Source of the DNA: Calcarisporiella thermophila CBS 279.70
Taxonomy: Eukaryota > Fungi > Calcarisporiellomycota
Length of the DNA stretch: 64,000 bases
Assembly (NCBI RefSeq): GCF_041956535.1
Contig: NW_027192208.1
Location: 444,492-508,491, forward strand
Direction: 5' to 3'
Under the pieces are notes generated by a model. The model saw only the letters and a list, made by a program, of their open reading frames with translations. It made no database searches and had not been told where the DNA came from. Position 1 is the stretch's first letter. The number at the start of each line of letters is the position of its first letter. This document shows positions 1-13,810 of this stretch, in pieces. The position numbers and the translations under genes are program-made.

Positions 1-14
1 AAGCATACTGGAAA

Positions 15-2370
15 ATGTTGCGAGCCAAAACAGTCCTTGTTCGAGCACCCAATGCAATAAGAAAGCTTTACGGTAAGAAGACCTATTCGGCCAGGTTGAC
101 CCCGGATTTCCCATATCCTCACATGAATTTTCGCCTCTCTGCCTCTATATGGCATCGCAGTCTCACGCCGGCATGTCTCGTTCTCAAAGGCCGAAGAGGT
201 GGAGGTTTTTGTTGATGGGAAGTCGGTCAAAATTGAGCAAGGTGCTGCAGTTATCCAGGCCTGCGAAAAAGCCGGAGTGCCCATCCCGAGATTTTGTTAT
301 CATGGCAAGTTTTTTTTTCCTTCGGCATTGTACATGGATGGTAGTTGATGTTGCTCCTTCTATTTGACATTTTAAGAGAGACTCTCCGTGGCCGGCAATT
401 GTCGTATGTGTCTTGTAGAAGTCGAGAAATCCCCCAAGCCCGTCGCATCTTGTGCATTTCCGGTGATGCCTGGCATGAAGATCAAGACCGACACCCCGCT
501 GGTCCATCGCGCACGGGAGGGAGTGATGGAATTTCTGCTGGCAAATCATCCGCTTGACTGTCCTATCTGTGACCAGGGCGGGGAATGCGATCTGCAGGAT
601 CAGTCTGTGCGCTATGGGTCCGATCGGGGAAGGTTCCGCGAAATCGTCGGGAAGCGCGCCGTGGAGGAGAAGGACTTTGGGCCATTTGTGAAGACGGTGA
701 TGACGCGCTGCATCCACTGCACCCGCTGTGTGCGCTTTGCGAATGAGGTGGCGGGCGCGACCGAATTGGGGACGAGCGGCCGCGGAAACGACATGCAGAT
801 CGGAACCTACGTGGAACAAGCCATTGACTCGGAGATGAGCGGGAACATCATCGACCTTTGCCCGGTGGGCGCGTTGACCTCCAAGCCCTATGCATTCACC
901 TCTCGACCCTGGGAGCTGAACAAGACCGAGACGGTGGATGTGATGGACGCGATCGGGAGCAATATCCGGGTGGACTCTCGCGGTGTGGAGGTTATGCGGG
1001 TGGTCCCCCGCCTGAACGACGAGCTGAACGAGGAGTGGATCTCGGACAAGACGCGGTTCGCCTACGATGGCCTGAAGCGGCAGCGCCTCAACATGCCCCT
1101 TGCTCGGCAAGGCGGCCAGTTTGTGCCAGTGAGTTGGGAGCAGGCCCTCCAGCTCGCGGCGGAGAAGGCCCATGCCGCCAAGGGCAACGAAATCAAGGCA
1201 ATCGCGGGGCATCTGGCCGATGTGGAGAGCATGCTTGCGCTGAAGGATCTGCTGAATCGCCTCGGCTCGGAAAACTTGGCCCTCGATCAGCCGCTCGGGG
1301 ACAAGCCCCCCGCCCATGGCGTCGATTTCCGTAGCAACTACACCCTGAGCACCACGCTCGCGCGAGTCGAGGATGCGGACGCGGTGCTGCTGGTGGGAAC
1401 CAACCCTCGCCACGAGGGTCCCATTCTGAATGCGCGCCTTCGTAAAGGATACCTGCACACCGGCGCCGACTTGGCCCTGGTGGGGACCCCCGTCGACTTG
1501 ACCTACGAGTACGCCCATGTTGGGGAGCGCAGCCGAGCCGTGGAGGAGGTGCTTGAGGGGGGTCAGCATCCATTTTCCAAGCGACTGGCGGAGGCGACCC
1601 ATCCGATGATCATCGTGGGGAGCGGCGTGATGGAGACCCCGGACGCCCCCTATGTCCTCTCGAGGCTTGCGGAGTACGTCGATAAGCATCGAGCACGCTT
1701 CATTCGGGATGACTGGCGAGGATTTAATGTGTTCCAGCGAGCCGCGGCGCGCACGGGTGCCTATGACCTGGGCTTTGTCGCCTCGAAGGAGGCGGAGGGT
1801 GTGGACGCCAAATTTGTGTATCTGCTGAATGCGGACGAGATATCCGGCAAGGAGCTACCGAAGGAGGCCTTTGTTGTGTACCAAGGCCACCATGGCGATA
1901 CTGGGGCACAGTATGCCGACCTGATCTTTCCCGGCACCGCTTACACCGAGAAGAATGCAACCTACGTCAACACGGAGGGGCGCACCCAGCTGACCAGAGC
2001 GGCAGTGTCGCCTCCAGGAGCCTCCCGCGAGGATTGGAAAATAATTAGAGCATTCTCTGAGGTGGTGGGAGCGACGCTTCCCTACGACGACATCTACAGC
2101 TTGCGTGAGCGGATGGGAGAGATTGCACCGCACTTGGTGCACTACGGCGTAGTGGAGCCGAGCGCGGTCGCCGAGCTGGCCGTGAAATCGCTGGTGAAGG
2201 AGGGGGTGAAGGCAGAGGACATCGCGTTTCGGCCGGTCATCGAGGACTTTTATCTGACGGATCCGATCTCGCGCACCTCTTCGAACATGGCCAAGGGCTC
2301 GGCCTACTTCACCAAACGGACCGCCAAAGTGGGGGAGGACGCCGGAGACGAGGTGCGAATTGCCGTTTAG
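15..2370 (+). CDS. NDUFS1: NADH:ubiquinone oxidoreductase 75 kDa Fe-S subunit (complex I), 3 exons (15-72, 161-304, 377-2370)
   Basis: Spliced product reads [50 protein letters not shown] (Fe-S motifs); basic N-terminal presequence; intron 2 is GC-AG. Confidence 0.97.
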
Positions 2371-2998
2371 ATTTTTTTTTTTTTTGCACTCAGACCCGCA
2401 CATACAACCTGTTGTAATATTTCATGGCTCGGGTTTTCTCAAGCCCTTTGTTGATTCACTGCCACCCTGTTGCCCTCCCCACTCCCCCACGCCTTGCCCC
2501 CATTTCTCTTTTGTTTAAAACCAAAATTCAACCCTCGAGGGATGGATGCCCATATATTACTGCAATGGGTTTTCTTGCTAAATAGATGTTTTTCGTACTT
2601 TATTTTGATCCTCTTAGTTTAATAGGGCAAATGATGTCAAGACACTTGTGTGCACAAAAGCTCCAAAGGAGGGCCTCTTCTAAACCACGAAAATTTGCCT
2701 ATTGAAATCTCAGAAAACCCAGCGGCTACTGGGCGCAAGTATCGTGTGCTATTCCTTAGAAGCATGCTTCAACACTTGGCGTGTGCAATGCTCTAGACCT
2801 TTTTGCTCCAAATAAGCCTCGCTCGAATCTCCCCCTCCTTCTGGGTGTCTTGAACGGGGGAGGTTGCCTAATGCCAAACCTCTCGTCTTCGCTCATTATA
2901 ATGAAATTCTTGAGCGCCAAGCCACAATCCAGGCCAATTGGTTTTCAACGCGTCTATGGCCTCGCTAATCCCTTATTAACTGTACATTCAATGAGACC

Positions 2999-4159
2999 AT
3001 GGCAACAAGAAATCGCACCATTCTATTCCTCCAGTACCGCAACTCCCTCTCTCGGCCAACGAAGAGTACCCATGTTACAGCCCCAAACGCTAGCACGGTC
3101 TCGCTTGAAGAACAGGCGGGGCTCATGGAGAGCAGCGATCATGTAATAGAGCTCTCGATTCTGCCGCCGCGGTGGGTGGACATTGTCGACGAGGTCAACG
3201 ATGATATCAAGGGAATTGAAAGTGATAGTGAGTAGCAGTTCTTTTTCCCCCCTCTAAACCAGATCGCTTGGATGGGTCGGAATCTGATCGTATGTGTGCG
3301 ATGGATAGTTACCCAGCTTGACCAGATGCATGCAAAGCATTTATTACCAGGCTTCGATGACAGTACATCCGATGAGATTGCCATTGAGCGCCTCACCGAT
3401 GCCATCACAAGGGTAAGAGCCTTGCTTTTTATCGACCACACTTTCTGGGCTAGTCTCTCATTGTTAAAACCCTATATATTTTCCCTCAGCAATTTCACAC
3501 GACCCAGAACAAAATTAAGCGGATTTTCCAGGAGGCCCGATCTGTACCAGGCGCATCGGCCAATGAGGACGCCCTTGCCCGCAATGTTCAGATGGCACTA
3601 GCTTCCCGGCTCCAGGATGTCTCCTCACGCTTCCGCAAGAAGCAGTCGGCCTACATGCAGCGTATGCGTGGACGGGTCTCCCGCAATAAGGACTACCTTA
3701 GCTTCACAGAATCTGGGGGCGACACCTCCGAGATGCTTCTGGAAGACGAGGAGGGGCATGAGGATGGGTTCACACAGTCTCAGCTTGAGCTGGTGGAATC
3801 CTCCAATCAAGCCATCACCCAGCGGTCGCACGAAATCGAGCAGATTGCAAAATCGATCTCGGAGGTGGCAGAAATCTTCCGGGAGCTGCAGACCATGGTC
3901 ATCGATCAGGGGACATTGCTCGACCGAATCGACTACAATGTGGAGATGGTGTCTACCCATGTCAAGGAAGCATCGAAGGAACTCGATCAGGTAATTCGGA
4001 TCCGCATCCCCTCTTTTGCATAGCATCGCTTGCTCATCCTGCTTGGACTTGTAGGGCGCACTATACCAGAAGCGAGCACGGAAGCGGCAGATCATGCTGC
4101 TGCTGATCCTCCTAATCATCGGGCTGATCATCGTGCTGCTGTTCAAGCCACGGCGATAG
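2999..4159 (+). CDS. TLG2: Qa-SNARE syntaxin-16/Tlg2, 4 exons
   Basis: N-peptide MATRNRTILF, HLLPGFDD, SNARE motif QGTLLDRIDYN, C-terminal TM IMLLLILLIIGLIIVLLFK in last exon; three GT-AG introns restore frame. Confidence 0.93.
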
Positions 4160-4400
4160 CCGGCACTTCCCCTTCCCATCCACTTTGTTTTGGTGACGTT
4201 CTTATTGTTCATATTGCTTGTTTTCCTCCTCCCGATTGTACTTTTGCCTCGTTTTTATTATCTTCTGCTTTTGACGCGTTTTTTGTTTGGATTCGGAAAA
4301 GTAAAAAGGCACAGCGACTCGAAGGGCATAGAAGAGCTGCACTGTTATTTTATCTTACTTAATATATTTTTATTTGATATACCACCAATGACAACTGAGG

Positions 4401-4492
4401 GAGGGTGGAGAAGGAAAGGAGAGGAGAAGGGGGGAAGGAGGGGAGGCACGCCAAGGAGGGGAAGGGAGGGGAGGGGAGGGGAGGGGAGAGGG
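4401..4492 (+). repeat. Polypurine (GGGGA)n-like tract, G-quadruplex/H-DNA capable
   Basis: ggggaagggaggggaggggaggggagggg within an almost pure purine run between the convergent TLG2 and septin 3' ends. Confidence 0.7.
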
Positions 4493-4789
4493 TGTATATC
4501 ATGCTGCATAAAATCACATCGGTAATAAAAATTGAAATATTCCACACACATGGATAAAACAGCTATCCAAATAGATAAACACAAATAAAGATAAGAGGGA
4601 AAGTATAACTAATGACGGTGGGAAGCCTGTCAAAGGCACTTGCATACGAAAACAATAACAAGCAAGGGATTGGGAGGGGGTCGCCAGTGTCGTTGAAGAA
4701 TGATAACAATAAGAATAGAGTTGCTAAGATCCATTATGGGGGGGATTGACTACTTTTGACGTGGATTAGGGGGGGGTGAGGGTGCCGCG

Positions 4790-5992
4790 CTATACGGACG
4801 CTAGATTTTCGATTAGGCGCTGCCGCTCCTCCTTGGACAGCCCAAGGGAAGCTTTGCGGGCAAGCAGTCTCTCGGTGCGATACCTCTCGTAGTAGGCGCG
4901 CTGGGTTTTGAGTTTGAGGTCCTGGCGGTGCGAGGAGAGAAGGACGGAGCGCAGCACCGAGAGATCGCAGTGGCTAGGCTCGAGGCAGCTGATGAAGCCC
5001 CATGGGTATTGGCGGCCAAGCATCCCGCCCGTCTCGGCCGAAAAGACCGTGAAGGGGCACAGGCGCTGGAGCTCCCGATTCTCCTCGTCCAGCTCGGAAT
5101 CCATGTCCTCGTCTAAATCCTCCATGTCCCGTCGCCGGTGCTCCACGTCGGGAACCTGCTCGCCAACTGCACCGCCGGGCTTCCTCGAGGCCATATAAAG
5201 CAGCTCGGCCTCCTCAGCATGGAACTTGAAGACAGGGAGGCGTAGTCGCTGGATATCCGCCCGCACGCGCCGCTTGATAGCGTTTGCCTGTGAGAGGGTA
5301 AGCGTGTCCGATTTGGCGATCACCACCATGACATTGGTGCGTTTCCCAATCCATCGAATTGCACGGATGTCATTCTCGGTGAGTCCACGGTTTTGGGGAT
5401 CGATGAAGTAGAGGCAGGTGTGGATTTGGGTGTCGAATGCTTTGGGATTGCGTCTAATTTTGGTTTCCTAATGAAAATGACACAGTACAACGAATGGTTA
5501 GAAGCTGGGACCCATTGCAACGCTCCATTGCGTTACAGAGAAAAAAGGAACATCAAGATGTACCTCGGCAAGGGTAATGTCGAATTGCGTCTCCACATAC
5601 CGCACCAAATCCACCACTTGGTGTTCGAGGCGCCAATCCATGACCAACCCGGGAGTGTCAATAAATCGAATGTGGATTCTCTCTCTCTCCTCCAAGATGT
5701 CGTAGCCTGTGGCAACAAATTCGACGGTGGGGGCGGGATCCTCATTCCACTCCATCAGGTGCTCTAGCTTGGTTGCATCAATGCTGTGCTCGGATGCACT
5801 GGGATTGGTGGCGGTGGATGCGGTGGTGCTGCTTGTTGTGGAATTGGTGGATGAGACGGAGGATGTTCCGCGCGCTAGACAAAGCGTCTGGCAAAAGGAC
5901 CGGATGAAGGAGGTTTTGCCCACTCCACTAGGGCCGCACACCATGATGTTCAGCTGGGATGTGGTGTTTCTGCGCCTGAAATGAGGAGACAT
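4790..5992 (-). CDS. Septin-family GTPase (atypical), 2 exons
   Basis: G1 GPSGVGKTS, G3 DTPG, IHTCLYFID, G4 AKSD, septin-unique element GRQYPWG; one intron joins ...TLAE|ETKIRRNP... Confidence 0.88.
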
Positions 5993-8334
5993 TTTCTAAC
6001 AAGGCGAATGCCGACTGGATGGGGGGGGGGGGTGGATGGAATCCGGGCAGAGATAAGAGCAAGGTCAATGGCGGTGAAGGAGAAGATGAAGGAGAGTCAG
6101 TCTAATGGAGCTTTGTGGAAATGGGTTGCGCGGATTCTGGAATTCTTGGACAACGAAAGCTGAGAAAAGAATCTCCAAACAGCGACAAAAAAATTATGAA
6201 ATTAATTAAAAATAATTCGGAACAGACAGGGGAAAGGAAAAAGGGGATGCAATGCGGCAGACGTGACACAACAGGTTTAACGGGTGGCTTTTTTCCCCCT
6301 CACCAACGGCAGGCGGGCGAATCGATTAGCAAGAATGGAGATTAGGCGCTGCTGGCCGCCCCTCTCTCCTCCTCCCCCTCCTCTCTCCTCTTGTCCGGCC
6401 TGCATCTGCGACTTGGGCGCTACTGCAGCTTGTCAAACCTGGCCGAAGGGGCTCCTCTAGGTTAGAATTCGATTGATCGAGGGCCCTGTGCAACTGCCAT
6501 TCGCTGCCAAGACGCAAACCCCCCCGCCAATGAAGTCCCTATGATTAGCAAATCGATAAGGTCAGCAAACAAGGCATAAGTGGCTTGGCAAGACTTGCTG
6601 AACCGGTTAGGGGGCGGAGTCGCGCCGACAAGGATGACAGCACACATCACATCTTCGGCGTTACGAAAGCCATGGGCTATAGCATTGGGACAGAATCCGA
6701 CTCGGCTGCGTACGTCCTGAAGTTTCGCTCGAGCCAATTCGCTTTTCAAACGACTTCGTGCTTGTGTCTGGAATTCTTCGAGTTTGGCAATACACCCCAT
6801 TGCTTCAGCATGTTTGAGCTAGATCATCCAGACTTCTACTTCTAGATAAATCAACTGACCGTCCAACGGCTTATCACATCAGACCGAATAGGAGCAAGTA
6901 AGAGCTAAAATTCTTTTTCGCGTCATTCCTTAAACGATGTATTGTTGCCACTTGCCACTTTTCCAATTCAGCCCCTTGTTAGGTGTTCCCAAAAAGAGAT
7001 TTACTGTACAACTGCTTAATAAATACTATGAAATATTTTGCTGTGTTGCAAGGACAGCCTCTTACAAGCCGTCTTTGTAATGCGCCAATACCTTTGGTCT
7101 AACTTTGATTCCTTTTGGCTCAGTGTTTTGTTATGACCAGCGTAGATTTTGGGTCGAGAAATGAATCATTGGATAAGGCTTTTAACCATGTCTGGGCTTG
7201 GGTCGCTCCTCGTCTATGTTCTTATCACATATCTCCCCTCTAAACGACGAAAATGCACTGACAAGTCCAAGTTATACTGCTACTCGAACCCATCCAGCAT
7301 TCAATCAAGACTCCTTCTTTCGTTTACCATTTCACCACCATGCTGACCTTCCAAGCTCTATTTTTAAATCCCCTTCATCACTCCCTACCCTCCTGCTGGG
7401 TTTACTGCAGCCACTACAATATTTTCGTCCTATCATATTCTGTCGCATATGCGCCCCCTCCTGTCGAGCCACACATTAACCATCCTTAAATAATATTAGC
7501 TTGAGGCTGATGTTTTGGTGGTGCTTGTCCTGGATAGTTCCTCGTTTCCAACTCTACTTCTGTCACCCATTTGGCCGAGGGTTATGAAGGATAAACCAAT
7601 AGGCTAAATGGGCATTGGTAGTGGCACTAGGCTCAACCCCTCATTATCGCAGAATTCGGAGCGAATGATGCGTTTGTCGATGTCCGGCTCTAGCACAGAA
7701 TGGCGCTAGATCCCCAGGAAGAATCTCACTCAATTGAATGGCATATCCATCGAAGCAATCTACCCTTCCTACTGCCTACTTAAATTATTCGGTATATTTC
7801 CGGCCTCCAGAGGCCCATGGCTATTTTGTACCTCAGCCAACAGGTAGATTCTTGGTTTGATAACTCTGTATTCATAGAGTTAATACAGCGGTACTGTGCC
7901 GAAGTTTGGCCAGTGCATATAGATCACCACTAGTTTCTCAGATGATATTGAATAATTAAATCTTATGAAATGCAAAATGGGCTGGATAAATTTTGGAAGC
8001 TTTTTTCATGTTCACTTTAGAAACGCCTTGGCTGGCCCCCTCCGTTTTTTGCAACCGTATGTAGCATATCAACTGTACAAACGAATCGAACATGAAAAGT
8101 GCGAGCAGAGGAGCTTACCAGGTCCAGTTGGTGGGACCCAAAAGTTAACAAATGCATTGCTTTGAAATAGGACCAAATATAGAATTACACATAATATATA
8201 TTCGCACAACATGCATATATTCACACAATATAAATAGATAAATAGAGTTTTCCAATGGGAACAGCCTGGTTCCCTCTTGTAAAACTGGATTATCCCTCCG
8301 ATGTCCTTGTTTCCGTGTTGCATCCGCTCCTAAT

Positions 8335-11300
8335 TTACCGTACCTCGACCTTCACTCTCACTTTTCCCTCAGCTCCGTCTCGAAGCGGTACCCATATATC
8401 CGCTCGCTGGTCCGAGTTTGACACTAACTCCTGTATATTTATCTCGCATTTCCCAAGGGGGTCATCACTCCCGAGCGTGTTGTGGTCCAGCACATGGAGT
8501 GCCAGGGATGTATCCTCTTGCATTTGGAGGTCGAATGTTTCGTCCCTGAAGAAATTGCTAGTTAGTTGCAATATCGAAAATACTTAGAGATATATCTGTA
8601 TATACCAGTGAGGTGTGAGTGTTTTTTTTAGGTATTTCGTCTTATACACTTGCTTGCCACCGACATAGGCCTTCACGTATGGGTCCGAGGACCCGTTTTT
8701 GTCGGCACCTATCAAATCTTTCGCCTCTGCAAGCGTCACGATTAACTTTTTACCCCTCAGCGTTGGTGGCGATGGCGCGGCGGTTTTATGAAGTGTACCG
8801 TTCGTGGTTGGGGTAGCAGTAGGGGCCTTGGTGGGAGGACTTGATTGAAATGTGGGTGTGGATTCCGCTGGAGGGGAAGTGGCAGGAGGAGTAAGGTCGG
8901 ATGCTTGCGCATTACTAGCGGCGGCACCCGCATCTTTAGCGGGTGGAGTGGGGGGAAGGGCTTTGACGGCTTGGGCTGCCGCAAAATCTCTGGACGCGAT
9001 CGGCGTTTCTTCCTCTGCATTCTCCTCTTTTGCTTGGGAATTTGGCATGTTTTCCACTTTAGCTGCCTGGGGCTGCAGATACTTCTCTCCGTTCACAATA
9101 AATACCGGTCGCCATTTTGAGCTCACTCGGATCTTTCCCCTCACCCCCTCCCCAATTCCTAGCCACCCCTTCTCCTGCACATTTTCCTCCTCGTTTTCCC
9201 TCTCAACCTGGTCCAGAAACTCGTCTAAGCCGCAAGTCCATTGGCCAATCACCTCGTCCTCCATGATCCCTTCGTCCATCAGCGTAACGCTCACAAGGGC
9301 TCGTTCTCTGTCGAGTATTAGCATTTCGTGTGTGTGCTCCCACGAGGGTGCCATTGTGTGTTTGCGTGGTTTGGTTCGCGAGACCTCCGTCCCATTCACA
9401 CGCATAACTGCATATGTGTTGTAGGCCCGCGAGAGGCCTTTCGCCTGGTGTAATGTCAGCCGGAAGATGCCCGTATTGGAGGGCGGGGTCGGCTCTATCT
9501 CGCCGTTCTCTAGCTCTCGCGGCTGGAAAACAGGGAAATACCCAAGATCGATAAGGAGGTCGCCGTACTGTTTTCCCTCCTTTTCCACAGGCAGATTGCT
9601 ATCCAATAATCGGATGGAAATGTTATTACGAGATTAAATGAAATAAAATAGCCAGTGATACTGGGAAACGGGAGGCCTTTTCTCCTCAACGAAAATGGAG
9701 GTCAGCAACGTGGAAGATAATACTTACAGTGCCCGCAATCCCAACCCCTCTAAACCCGATAAATCTACTTCGCTGGTCCCAATACGCACATCTTTGCCGG
9801 GGTTTTTGTCCCACACCTCTAAGCTCATCCGACCCCCCAGGGACGCCATAAGGAAAAATTGGGTCTCGTTCCAGAACGGGTTGGTGGTATCCTTTTTCGT
9901 CTCGCTCCGCCACACCTCCTGCCCCCCCAGCATAAACTTCACGTATGGATCGGATTTGCCAAACAACTCCATATTTTTGAGCCGATGGCAGTTGCGCAGG
10001 GTGACCTGTAGGACCCCTCGTGTAGTATCATGGGAAGGGTTTAGTATAGATTCGATGTCGAGGGTGAAGACATTGGGTGAATACATCATTGGTCCAAGCG
10101 TAGCGTGCATCTGGTGATCTATGAAGCTGGCCAGCCCGGGCATGTTCGCCACATCAAACCCGAACGTCTCGCCCCCAATCGGCTTCAACTTGAAGTCAAT
10201 TTTGGGCCGCTCGTCAAAGCTGAGCGAGAAAGTCTTTATGTGAGGAAATGCCCCCGTGAAACTCAGCTTGACCTTGGCGTTGCCGCGGAATGAAATGTCC
10301 TCCACAAGAATAGGCATCCCTGCCCCGACTACGCCCTTGCCCACCCGGACATTGAGCACGATTTTAGGAGGTACTTTTTGGTGCTGCCCGTGGTCGAGCG
10401 AGCCGTCTTCCCTGGATGTAAACACGACTTTCCAGTCCATCAGCTACCAATTATTAAAGTGATTGCGTCATTTCGATGCAGATAAGGAGAATGCTCGCGC
10501 TAGAGTTCCAAGAGAATCTTACCACTTCATTTAGATTGGTGTGGGGATAGGTCTTGACCGCTTCGATCCGAGGGGCGGTCGTCCCTAGGGTAAACGTGGA
10601 GAGCCTCAGTGAGTCGATAAATCCCGGGGCTGAGTCCGCCAGGATCTGATCCACAATGGAGACAACAATGCCGCTGAGGACGGGCTCGTATATCAGCCAA
10701 AATCGATCCAGGAAAGCGTTCAGCCAGTCGGCGCTCTCGCTCTCGGATTCGAGAGACTGGCGAGACAGTTCTCGTGAAAGTTCATCACGAAAATTTCGGC
10801 GCAATCTCTGTACATGCACCGAATAGTACGCAACTAAGTGAAGATTCCGTCAATGTGTTTGCCTAACGAATGACATCCTTAAAGTATCCGATCGAATAGA
10901 GGAACACTTACAACAAAATGCAGCTATGAGAAAACATGCTAGAATACCTCCGCCATAGATCACCAAAAAATGCGATGCCAGCACCGCGACTAATATGTAG
11001 GCACTGTTTTCCAGCACGTCCAGAAAGTACAGCTCTCTTGTCAAGTGAGACAACATGTTTTGCTTGTAGAGAGCTCGCTTATCCCCAGCATCCTTGCTGT
11101 TGACATCATCCCCGGTGGGCATCATACAACGCCATCCAATTTTCTGACCTTTCTTTACATGCTTTTTCTCTTTCTTCTTTGACTCCATCTTTATCGATTT
11201 GTGTTTACATTTTTCCGCACTGGCATTTAACACTCTTTTCACTACCTCTGCATCGCGACTTCCCAATTCCGTCCCCACGCCGCCATGCGCTAAAACCCCA

Positions 11301-11443
11301 GTGGTAGTACCCGCACCAGCAGGGGCATGCATCTCTGCCTGGGCGGCTTTTTTATCCGGGCTTGCATCCGGATCGAATGAGTGTACAGGAGCAGCTCCAG
11401 CAGCAGATTCAAGGACAACTTTGTTAGCCTCCTGGGATTCCAT
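8335..11443 (-). CDS. Tricalbin / extended-synaptotagmin (TM hairpin, SMP domain, C2 domains), 5 exons
   Basis: ESADWLNAFLDRFW SMP start, KPIGGETFGFD, C2 motifs GKSDPYV and GADKNGSSDPYV; GT-AG introns link the ORF pieces. Confidence 0.92.
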
Positions 11444-11755
11444 TTGTGCAAGCGCTGTGATGAATGGCAGCTAAACTAGATGAATAAGTAAAGGATCGCG
11501 TTTCAATGGAAGATTCTAATTCGATAGAACAAAATGCGCCCAAAAATATGAAGGGGTGGCAAAGTGATAATTAGATTCTTATCGGATCCGTTAATTATTT
11601 GCTTCGATCTCCGATCAGTGCTTAGGGAAATTTACGTTGTTCAACTTTAGTTTTTGATTAGGTTTGGGCAGAGTAGCAGAGAGGGGGTAAGATAAAAAAA
11701 CGACTTTTATACAAAATACATTTATCGAAAAGGCATTATAGTCTCGTATTAACAA

Positions 11756-13229
11756 TCAGGTTTGCTTTCCTATAACCTCGTACCATTTCGGAAGGCACGA
11801 AAAGCTTTGCATATCTAAGGCAAATAAAAAATAGCTTGTGAATTGGCTGTTCTGGAATAGAATGGGTCAGGTGGATTAGGTTACCGAAGTTTTCACTTGG
11901 ATTGCAGCTGCATTTTAGGTTAAGGTCCCTTTCAGTCGGACAATGCCTATTTCATTAACAGAGTAGGGCAGAGGAGATCAGAGTCTTGACCTTCGAAGGA
12001 CGAAATGGAAAGAGTTAGAGTACGCACATGAACGGATCATGCTTATATCCGATTTCATTAAAGAAATGGATCTCCTCCTTCTTGAGGAACAGGGAGGCGG
12101 CGATCGAGTGCACCGGGGCGTCGCCCCATCTTTCATAGAAGAACCCGCCCGCCTTGTCTAGATACTCGAAGAATTTCAGATACGCGTCTGAACGCCAAAA
12201 TCGGAGGTCTCCGATCTCAAAGTTGGACCAAAAGTGGCATAGGTTATAGGTCTGGCCATCATCGTCAGTGATGAACTTCTGGGCATTTTCGGTTGGGATT
12301 AGGTGGGGGTGCTCGTTGATGAAACGCCTCACCGTTTGCCAGAGAGTCGGGATGGTATTCTCAAATTCGTGGACCGCTATGGTGAATCCTAATAATCATG
12401 ATAAGGGTTGCCCCCTCTCTCTCGATTAGTCCTACCCCTTCAGCCCATCCTAAATTTTCCATTTCCCCACCATATTTCTTGCCGTGATCCTGCATGTAGA
12501 GGAAAGGATCAAAGTCTAAGTCACAGAAAAACTGAACAGAGGGCTCAACGCGCCAGTAGTAGTCGTAATCCTGGAGAAGGGGATGGCGGAAGAAAAAGCC
12601 CGACTCAAATCTATTCAAGGTTGGGATGAGTAGATATGTTGTCTAGAGGGGGGGGGGAGGGTCAGCGAGCGTACCTGCACATGTGCCGGTACGATAAACT
12701 TCCACCGTAGACGACATGGTTTTTTTCCATCTCCTCACGCGATTTTCTCGCCTTCTCTTCGTCGATCCAAGAGGGGATACTCCAGTGCTCCTTCGGAATT
12801 GTACCTACCGTCGAGCATCATGTCAAAGGGTCATGTTAGAACCTATCCTCTGGATATCCACCTCAAAAGCTTATATTTACCGTAGTAGGTCGGCGATTTT
12901 GTGATTGCTCTTGTGAATATTTTGAAGTCTTCACTGAAATCCTCGTCGTTCAGAAATACCCATGGATACCCATACTTTCGATTAAATCTATCCTCCATCT
13001 GCTGCATTGTGTACCGGATCGAATAGATATCCCAGTTGCGCGCTAGAACGACAAAGGCTGCGCGCGCGCGTCGCGTTGTGTTAGCCAGGTCATCCACGGG
13101 AAAGGACGGGTGGTAGAAGTTTGGCTCGGGGTGGACCTCGGGGGCCGGCGAGGAGGAGAAGAGGAAGTGTAGGGCAACAATGATGAAGAGGGCAAGAAGC
13201 AGGTATTTGATGTTAAGCCTTTTGTGCAT
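11756..13229 (-). CDS. GT15 alpha-1,2-mannosyltransferase (Kre2/Ktr family), 6 exons
   Basis: Type [43 protein letters not shown]. Confidence 0.95.
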
Positions 13230-13810
13230 ACTTAACGAGCTCGTTTGATCCAGAAAGATAAGTTTGCCGAGGGAAAATATTTTTACAATGGAAAAAGGAA
13301 AAACATGAAGTAATTTTATGATTTTAGCAGTGAGGGTAAAAGGCGCGAGTTTCACATTCGCCCCTTGCTCCCTCCTCCTCGATACTATATTGTCAGTTCT
13401 CCTACTTATCCTTCCTTTCCCCTGTCCCCCTGGTCCGGCTCTTTACTAAAGCCGAGCGAAAGCGGTAGTGACCAGCTCGGAGTATTTCCCCTCCCCCCCC
13501 CCCCTTAGGGGATTTTAATATATGAGTAAATTGGGCATTTAAATTAAAGATTGCCATGGTCATAAATCAAGGAGGCAGATGTCTGAAAGCCTGCTTAATG
13601 CATCGTGCACCCACATATTAGGTGTCTCAATAAATAATGGGGAAGGTGGCATTTTCTCAGTGTTTTTTGATATGACAGCTGGGGGACATGAATCATAATT
13701 ACACGTCCGATATGGAAATCAAACCTATTTCTCGAGAGTATTAAATTATATCACGATGTTTTGTTCTCGATACTCTTAGGGTGCTCCACTATTGAAGCTG
13801 CTCATCTCTG

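Noticed and set aside
184-1689. 501 aa minus-strand ORF (and 1855-2403)
   Set aside because: Antisense shadow of GC-rich NDUFS1; no motifs
2826-2865. GC-rich hairpin upstream of TLG2
   Set aside because: Single stem with no H/ACA boxes or other ncRNA hallmark
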